From the NCBI GenBank assembly GCA_040326155.1, contig JBEQLE010000090.1, positions 1-14,029 of the forward strand: a stretch of 14,029 nt of DNA, in the 5' to 3' direction. Below are positions 7,913 to 14,029 of this stretch, one piece after another. The stretch's first letter is position 1. The number at the start of each line of letters is the position of its first letter. The position numbers were made by a program, and so were the translations under genes. Below the pieces are notes generated by a model that worked only from the letters and a program-made list of their open reading frames with translations, was not told the origin of the DNA and did not search any database. This DNA comes from Leptospirales bacterium (GTDB taxonomy: Bacteria > Spirochaetota > Leptospiria > Turneriellales > JAOUFE01).

Positions 7913-7942
7913 ATTATAGAAGCGACGAAGAAAATTTGTCAC
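7913..7942 (-). promoter_or_regulatory. Candidate sigma70 promoter of the cyclase operon
   Basis: Minus strand GTGACA (7942-7937), 18-nt spacer, TATAAT (7918-7913), about 47 nt upstream of the ATG. Confidence 0.45.
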
Positions 7943-8045
7943 TTCTTGCACCGGTAAATGTCAGCGAAGTTGTATCCTCATATTAAGGAAGCAACGATGG
8001 GAAAATATGCCACGGAGACACAGAGGCACAGAGAAGACGCGGAAA

Positions 8046-8380
8046 ATACCACGAAGCGGGCCCCATAAAAACGACGTTTTTTGGGGGCTATTAAACTTCA
8101 AACTATAATCGAACGAAGCGACAAAATAACCGCAGGATTTTTTTATGAAACAAACGAAAACCGTAGGATTTTTTGGAGTAACAAACGAAACCGAAGGATT
8201 ATTTTGTGCACTAACGAAACCGGAGGATTATTTTGTGCACTAACGAAACCGCAGGATTTTTTTGTGAAAATTATACCACGGAGCAGGCCCCCTGAAAAAC
8301 GACGTTTTTTGGGGGGCTATTAAACTTCAAACTATTATCGAACGAAGCGATACAAAAAAACCGTAGGATTTTTTTGTACA
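8046..8380. repeat. Nested intergenic repeat: two units of about 100 bp plus a 29-31-bp tandem array
   Basis: 8046-8144 and 8273-8375 are near-identical, each with a GCCCC..AAAAACG-A-CGTTTTT..GGGGC palindrome. AACCGNAGGATT occurs at 8128, 8159, 8189, 8218, 8247 and 8359. Confidence 0.9.
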
Positions 8381-9391
8381 CTAAGTAAAAAGATAGTTAA
8401 AAGATAACACAAATTCATATGTTGAACTGAAAACCCGGTAATCTATTTTCGCCCAATCGCCCCTGTTGGCCTCTGAAGAAGTTTTGTAATAAACCTGTTT
8501 TTGTCTGCCCCTGGCTGAATATCCTGAATAAGAGGCGCCAAGGTTTAAACCCGCTCTGCGGTTGAAATTATATGTAATATACAAGGATGCCATATAGGAT
8601 TGGCCAGATGCTTTACCTTTAGACTTTTTATATCTTAACAAATGGTTATCCAGGTCGGTTACGTAAAGGTAAGGAGAAACCCCCGTATCAATATTTAGAT
8701 TCCATTTTTTAAAAAACCGGTACGAATACCCGATCATTACCATGGGAACATAAAATTGAATATCATAAGTGATTACTCGCCCGTTTATATTAATATCGGG
8801 ATAAGAACTGCATATTCCATAAGAACCGCAAGAAGGGTAGGTCTGTCTTACATCTTTTCCCGTAAAATTAAAACTACGGTATTCAAAACCGAAACCGGGC
8901 GAGAAATATGATTTAGAATTGATTTTCTTATCCCATCGAAACTGAAATTGCCATAAAATAAAATCGACATAGGTGTCTGTTTTTGAGAAAATATCCAGAC
9001 TGTTTTCGGAGGTCCCCGATATGCCATTGTAGTAAAAAATACCCCAATCGGAATCACGAAGTTTGCCGGCATAATTTGATGCATCTATTTTAACCGAGAC
9101 TAAGAATCGCCACTTATTTTTTGATGTATACTCTATTGAATTGTATACATAAAAAATGTTTTCAAGCGGAAAACGTAATTCGCTTAATGGGAAACGAAAA
9201 TGACCGCTACCGGAGTTGCTGTTGAAATTTCCCCCAATCTGGTAAGTTGTGTGCCCGTTGAGTAAACCCACCCCGGCTTCTACATTAACAGAATTACCGG
9301 AATAATCTACACCCAAAATCGGAAATGAAATCGGGTAAATAAGACCGACGAGAATAATTAAAAGTGTAATTTGAATCAGTCGAATTTTCAT
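8381..9391 (-). CDS. Omptin-family outer-membrane protease
   Basis: Signal peptide, SELRFP, GKLRDSDW (OmpT D83/D85 equivalent), DLDNH (D210/H212 equivalent) and a beta-strand pattern. Confidence 0.85.
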   Translation of the reverse strand: MKIRLIQITLLIILVGLIYPISFPILGVDYSGNSVNVEAGVGLLNGHTTYQIGGNFNSNSGSGHFRFPLSELRFPLENIFYVYNSIEYTSKNKWRFLVSVKIDASNYAGKLRDSDWGIFYYNGISGTSENSLDIFSKTDTYVDFILWQFQFRWDKKINSKSYFSPGFGFEYRSFNFTGKDVRQTYPSCGSYGICSSYPDININGRVITYDIQFYVPMVMIGYSYRFFKKWNLNIDTGVSPYLYVTDLDNHLLRYKKSKGKASGQSYMASLYITYNFNRRAGLNLGASYSGYSARGRQKQVYYKTSSEANRGDWAKIDYRVFSSTYEFVLSFNYLFT

Positions 9392-9635
9392 TTCTTGATC
9401 TCAATTAATTCTAATATAAGATGTTCATACTTTGAAAACGATTAAGCTGCCTGAAAGGCCAGACAAATAATACACATTATAATGAACTCTGGCTAATAAT
9501 TAAGTATATTGATAATGTTCATACACAAAGAGGTGAAGACGAGACAAAATACATTTTGCTAGATACAGAGATATAAGGAAGATACCAACAGATATGTTCC
9601 ACCTCTAGAGTATAGAAGTATGAAGGGGGTAGAAA

Positions 9636-12600
9636 ATGAATTTTCTAATAGTTGGTTATAAACGTATTGTAACCGGCATATTTATCATACTTTCATTAGT
9701 TTTTTTATTGAATTGCGGAGGCGGCTCCGGCGGAAGCTCCGGTGGAGATTCCAGCGACGACGATACAAGCCTTAACGGTTCTTTATCGGGTAAAGTAAGC
9801 AGCGACGTTCAGGAATCCGATGTTTCAGGAAGCCTGGCTGCTAAACCTATCTTTTTACTAAATAACAAAATTAATTATCCTGATATGCCAGGGGCCGGTG
9901 TTTTGCAGGGAATTTATTCCGCAGGTACTTGCACCAACTCGAATTATACAGTGAAGGTCATTGGCCAGGGTTCTACGACCTACAGCTCCGGAACTACAAA
10001 CAACATAGGTGAATTTCGGAACATTAAGGTCCCGATAGATCAAGAAGTTGTCGTGACTTTTAGCTGCGGAACTGCTGTCGGCGGTATGCGTTGTTTCGGC
10101 AGGGGCGGAACCGGCGACCTTCTCTGCGACCCACTGGCACATGCTATTGTGATTGCGATGGAGGAGGCGTTAGGTTTAGGTATAACCGACCCATTGTTTG
10201 ACGGAGTTCGGGTTTCTGTTATGTCGGCCGGTCTGGCCGAAGGGCTGAAACTGCTATGGTTTAACCCTATACTGGGTATCAATACGGTTGTTTCAGACAA
10301 CCTGAATACGGCCATTGCAGCGGATGATCGGACGGAGATTTATAACATTATTTTAGGGTCTCCGCTCGGAGCTTATTTTACGGCTTTGGAAACAGTCGCA
10401 AGTGAAATTCGCCTGAGAAACCAGGGACAAACGGATGACGAGGCGGCTGCCAATACCTGGACCATTGCGAATGTTTTTAATTACATAGTCAGTCTGGGTA
10501 TTGAGATTGTCATTACTCCTGACGAAACAAGCGATGGACCCGGCTTGTACAATGCTTTAATGGACGAGCTGGATACTATGACAGGTACGACGTATCATGT
10601 GGATTTACGAACTTACCTTGGTGAGTTATATAATACACTCTATGTAAACCAGGCTGGAGACCCGGTGAATATGGTGTGCGTCGCAAGAAATCGTCATGAT
10701 TGGCAAGCCAAACAACTTGAATACCCTCCGGATGCAAACGATGGCGGTACTCCTGGTATTTTTAAGGATGATGTATTAACCTGTATTCCCGCAAACTCTA
10801 ATATGGCCGGTCTAGTACAAAAAGGCCAGTGTGTGAATGAAGCAATTACGACATCCGGGGCGTGTCTTGGCGGCATGACATGGGACGCAAGCAATAATGC
10901 GTGCTACGATGCGGCAGAGAACACCCAGGCTTTGTGCATTGCCAACCAACCTACGTTTCAATGGAATCCTGATTATGATGTTTACCTGGCATTGCGCCCC
11001 TCTTTGCTTGAAGCAAACCGAAATGACCCGACCGGTCTTAATATTCAAGATAACGATTTGAACCAGATTCAAATGCGATCTCTTGAAATTTATCCGGAGG
11101 TTGAAAGCGCTTTGGGTTTTGACGGAAGTACGAATGCAGATAACCCGGTTGGTCTAAAATGCGTAGGATACATGAATCCGGATTACACATTGAATGCACC
11201 TCCGGTTGATTGTGACCCTGCCATTTTGGGTAAATACTTTGCCGGAACTCTTGGTTTGTACAAATTCTTTAGAAATACTGCAATTCGAGATTATAAGTTT
11301 TCTCTAAATGATATGTACGATGCATTTGTCGGTTCCAATTATATGTCGATTCGTTTTGACGCAAGTCTTTGGGATATCAACAAAGGACAGGGAGTTGATC
11401 TAACATCGAGCGATAATAGCGACAGAGTAACCTTCCCTCGTTGGCAACTCATTGATAACGGCGATGGTACGCTAAGCATGAATTGTCCGTTTGGAGTTGA
11501 TGATTCAGCAAATACTATTTGTACCGATACGGTAAACTGGAGCAACATAATTACAGATACGACGGTAAACCTGACCACGACGATTAACGCCATGATGGCC
11601 ACAACCGTTCCTACATTTGCATCAACGTTTCAAGATTTTACACAGATTCCAACGATAAGTGAAATAAAAACCGGTGTATTTGAGAGCGCTCACCATGAGC
11701 CATGGAACATCGCCGGTCCCGAATATTACAGTGTAAAAGGCAACAGTCCGGTAGGTACACCGTACAATGCAACTTTACCTATCTTATGTAATATTATATT
11801 GCCGAGCAGTACGGGAGAATTTATCATCGGAACCAGCCGTATCGCATGTATCGAAGCTGCTGGAACCTGGGTAAACGGTAAACCCGATGCGGGTACATAC
11901 AATGCGTATAAAACATATTTCGCCCTTCAAGAGCGTGGAGTCAGCGATAATGGAATAGACACATTTTATGCGCTGATGTCTATCGCCACAGGGCAAGATA
12001 TGCGGGTGAATGGTCGAGAGTTTCGGGTTCGCGGTATAAAAGCGACCGGAAATGCGGACATGACATATTACATGTCCGGAAATGACACAACCAACGACAC
12101 GAATATTATAGCAGACCCGACACCGCTTGATGGGATGACAAATTATCAGGTCGACGCCCAGTTTTGTACCCAATTTACCGATGAAAATGGCAACGTCAGC
12201 AACAACTGTTGGCGAGAATTATTCGACTACGTATTGGTCCCCATGCCCGTTGCCTGGTATCCTGCCGCCGAATATATTCCTTATCACTGGGATATTCCGG
12301 TCGGTTATGGAAATTACTCGGTAGCGATATCCAATAACGGTACGGTGAACGATTATGCCGACGACTTTCCACTTTGTATCGAATGGGATATGGACGGATC
12401 AGGCGCTTACAATTCGCCCTATAGTGGAATACTGTTTTTAAGCAATCCCTACTATATCGCCTCAGTGAAACTGGGAGCCGATTCGGTTGTCAACTGCTAT
12501 CAGGTCAGTACCCCGTATTATTATTACCTATCGTTACAATGGGGTCAATCGGTCGCTCGGGGAAGCTATCTGTATAAACTGATCTTCATGGATGGAACCC

Positions 12601-13667
12601 CGGCTCAAACTCACCCGGTTGTTTCTATGGGTGGAAACGATGGTTGGTGCTCCGACCTCAGTTACAACCCAAAACCTGCGTATCAAAATAACATGTGGGG
12701 TTGCATTAACGACGTTTCGTTTGGCCCCGTAAACAGGTATCGAACCAGCACACTGACTCTAACCGATATGGAAAATGCTGACCCCGGCCCTATTGGCGGA
12801 ACACCGCCACCAACTGTTTATTGGGGTGCAGGCACCAATACAATGGGTCCGCCAGCTGCAGTAACAAGGTTGAACGGCTACCAGATCGGAAACCATAACC
12901 ACGACCCAAAATACGATCCGTATTGCGCAGTTACCAGCCTGGCGCTTTGCGACACAAACAGTGACGGTGAATACTCCTTACTTGATTCGCCGGCCGCAGG
13001 CAATACCATTTCAGAACCGGTTATCTGGTTCAACACCGGCGACGCTACCAGTCTTGCCCAGTACTATCTTTTTGAAGGACTGGTCACCGACTGCGGCGGT
13101 CTAAGCGGTGACCTTCTGGCAGTTTGTCTACGCGACACCGATAAAGATGGCGCCGGTGGATCTGACTTTGACCAGATAACCAACGCTAACCATAACATCT
13201 GGTTTGCCTGTCAAAACCCCGCATATACATTAAGCTGGATTGACACAACAAACATCCAAGACCCCAGTGGAGCAAATGGAGGCAGTAATGCCTACCTTAC
13301 AGCCGGTGGCGATTGCGGAGGAGTCGGCGTAGACGGTCCGGTAACCATGTTGATTATTGTACCACGTAAAAACGCCTACGACATAGCAAGACCGAACACC
13401 CTGATGAAAGTCATAAGTGCCGGCACAGCGACCATTGGAACAGGCACAACAGTCGACCCCCTTGCAGCATTGTTCACATTTTCCGACGCATTACCCCTGG
13501 TCCTCGCCAGAGTAATGATGCCGCCAAATTTATCCATTTACGATGGCGTAACCTACCAACAAAATGTTCGCGCATTCTACACGGTTCGCGAGACATTTGA
13601 CAATAGAGAAGGCGCCGCCGTATCCGGTTTACTGCGAGCATTCCTGGAAAAATCAGGCGCTCTGTAA
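9636..13667 (+). CDS. Large Cys-rich putative surface lipoprotein of unknown function
   Basis: 1343-aa ORF with purine-rich RBS (GAAGGGGG), lipoprotein signal ending LVFLLNC, Gly/Ser/Asp tether, and a body rich in Asp/Asn/Thr/Gly. Confidence 0.85.
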   Translation: MNFLIVGYKRIVTGIFIILSLVFLLNCGGGSGGSSGGDSSDDDTSLNGSLSGKVSSDVQESDVSGSLAAKPIFLLNNKINYPDMPGAGVLQGIYSAGTCTNSNYTVKVIGQGSTTYSSGTTNNIGEFRNIKVPIDQEVVVTFSCGTAVGGMRCFGRGGTGDLLCDPLAHAIVIAMEEALGLGITDPLFDGVRVSVMSAGLAEGLKLLWFNPILGINTVVSDNLNTAIAADDRTEIYNIILGSPLGAYFTALETVASEIRLRNQGQTDDEAAANTWTIANVFNYIVSLGIEIVITPDETSDGPGLYNALMDELDTMTGTTYHVDLRTYLGELYNTLYVNQAGDPVNMVCVARNRHDWQAKQLEYPPDANDGGTPGIFKDDVLTCIPANSNMAGLVQKGQCVNEAITTSGACLGGMTWDASNNACYDAAENTQALCIANQPTFQWNPDYDVYLALRPSLLEANRNDPTGLNIQDNDLNQIQMRSLEIYPEVESALGFDGSTNADNPVGLKCVGYMNPDYTLNAPPVDCDPAILGKYFAGTLGLYKFFRNTAIRDYKFSLNDMYDAFVGSNYMSIRFDASLWDINKGQGVDLTSSDNSDRVTFPRWQLIDNGDGTLSMNCPFGVDDSANTICTDTVNWSNIITDTTVNLTTTINAMMATTVPTFASTFQDFTQIPTISEIKTGVFESAHHEPWNIAGPEYYSVKGNSPVGTPYNATLPILCNIILPSSTGEFIIGTSRIACIEAAGTWVNGKPDAGTYNAYKTYFALQERGVSDNGIDTFYALMSIATGQDMRVNGREFRVRGIKATGNADMTYYMSGNDTTNDTNIIADPTPLDGMTNYQVDAQFCTQFTDENGNVSNNCWRELFDYVLVPMPVAWYPAAEYIPYHWDIPVGYGNYSVAISNNGTVNDYADDFPLCIEWDMDGSGAYNSPYSGILFLSNPYYIASVKLGADSVVNCYQVSTPYYYYLSLQWGQSVARGSYLYKLIFMDGTPAQTHPVVSMGGNDGWCSDLSYNPKPAYQNNMWGCINDVSFGPVNRYRTSTLTLTDMENADPGPIGGTPPPTVYWGAGTNTMGPPAAVTRLNGYQIGNHNHDPKYDPYCAVTSLALCDTNSDGEYSLLDSPAAGNTISEPVIWFNTGDATSLAQYYLFEGLVTDCGGLSGDLLAVCLRDTDKDGAGGSDFDQITNANHNIWFACQNPAYTLSWIDTTNIQDPSGANGGSNAYLTAGGDCGGVGVDGPVTMLIIVPRKNAYDIARPNTLMKVISAGTATIGTGTTVDPLAALFTFSDALPLVLARVMMPPNLSIYDGVTYQQNVRAFYTVRETFDNREGAAVSGLLRAFLEKSGAL

Positions 13668-13686
13668 ATACACCGCCTGAATTAAC

Positions 13687-13709
13687 GCGGGTGGATTCAT
13701 TCCACCCGC
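13687..13709. terminator. Hairpin just downstream of the lipoprotein gene, possible terminator
   Basis: GCGGGTGGA-TTCAT-TCCACCCGC is a perfect 9-bp stem 20 nt after the stop codon. There is no strong U tract. Confidence 0.5.
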
Positions 13710-13759
13710 AGCCCTCACCAAATAATATCCAAATTAAGACCATGAAGGGTGCAAGTTTG

Positions 13760-14029
13760 CCCCCTAAGAAATATAAATCATCATATGTAGCTGCATGTCG
13801 AATATTGATACTTTTTGTATAATCTGGACATTTCTTCAATATTAAAGACGAGTTGTAACTTCTCAAATTCGTTTCGAACATAATTGTAAATAGCAAACAT
13901 TGTATTGGTGATTCGAATATTTGAAAACCTCCATCACCCATATCAATAAATTTTTTATGATGTCCTTGATACGTTTCAGGACAAATATACTCTGACCATA
14001 GAGTATCAGGCTGCACAGACTCTGGGATA
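13760..14029 (-). pseudogene. Partial, probably 3'-truncated nucleotidyl-cyclase-like gene entering from the right edge
   Basis: The frame is open to the window edge. FIDMGDGGFQIFESPIQCLLF and IRHAATYDDLY resemble the class III cyclase GDG and R-x-G/A strands. The later N-x-x-x-R motif is absent and the frame reads on antisense into the lipoprotein gene (to 13474). Confidence 0.4.

Noticed and set aside
7937..7952. CRP-like site TGTCA-N6-GCACC upstream of the cyclase
   Set aside because: Only 7 of 10 consensus matches, too weak to call.
3029..7957. Short plus-strand ORFs over the cyclase operon
   Set aside because: Antisense shadows of well-supported genes.
8128..8270. CRISPR array
   Set aside because: Units are 29-31 bp in total with similar, non-unique intervening sequence, and there are no cas genes in the window.
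8081..8323. 80-aa ORF
   Set aside because: It is a translation of the repeat block.
9858..12173. Short minus-strand ORFs within the lipoprotein gene
   Set aside because: Antisense shadows with no motifs.

Overview
Bacterial DNA, possibly from a spirochaete (Leptospiraceae-like lipobox and gene content; inference only). The AT-rich left 2.8 kb is accessory. It holds two minus-strand cassette-like genes, each next to a copy of a long structured TAAC...GTT (attC-like) repeat. The first copy is interrupted at a CT core by a 3'-truncated IS110 element. That element's left end carries a recognisable bridge-RNA-like ncRNA, whose loops match the repeat target and the IS end. The second copy (about 300 bp, complete) abuts a 5'-truncated sanA-like gene exactly at a GTT. 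The middle is a minus-strand operon: CHASE2 adenylate cyclase, SH3 protein, M48 peptidase lipoprotein and FadL-like outer-membrane barrel. Next come a nested intergenic repeat block, an omptin-family protease, a divergent 1343-aa Cys-rich lipoprotein, and a possible cyclase-like gene fragment at the right edge.
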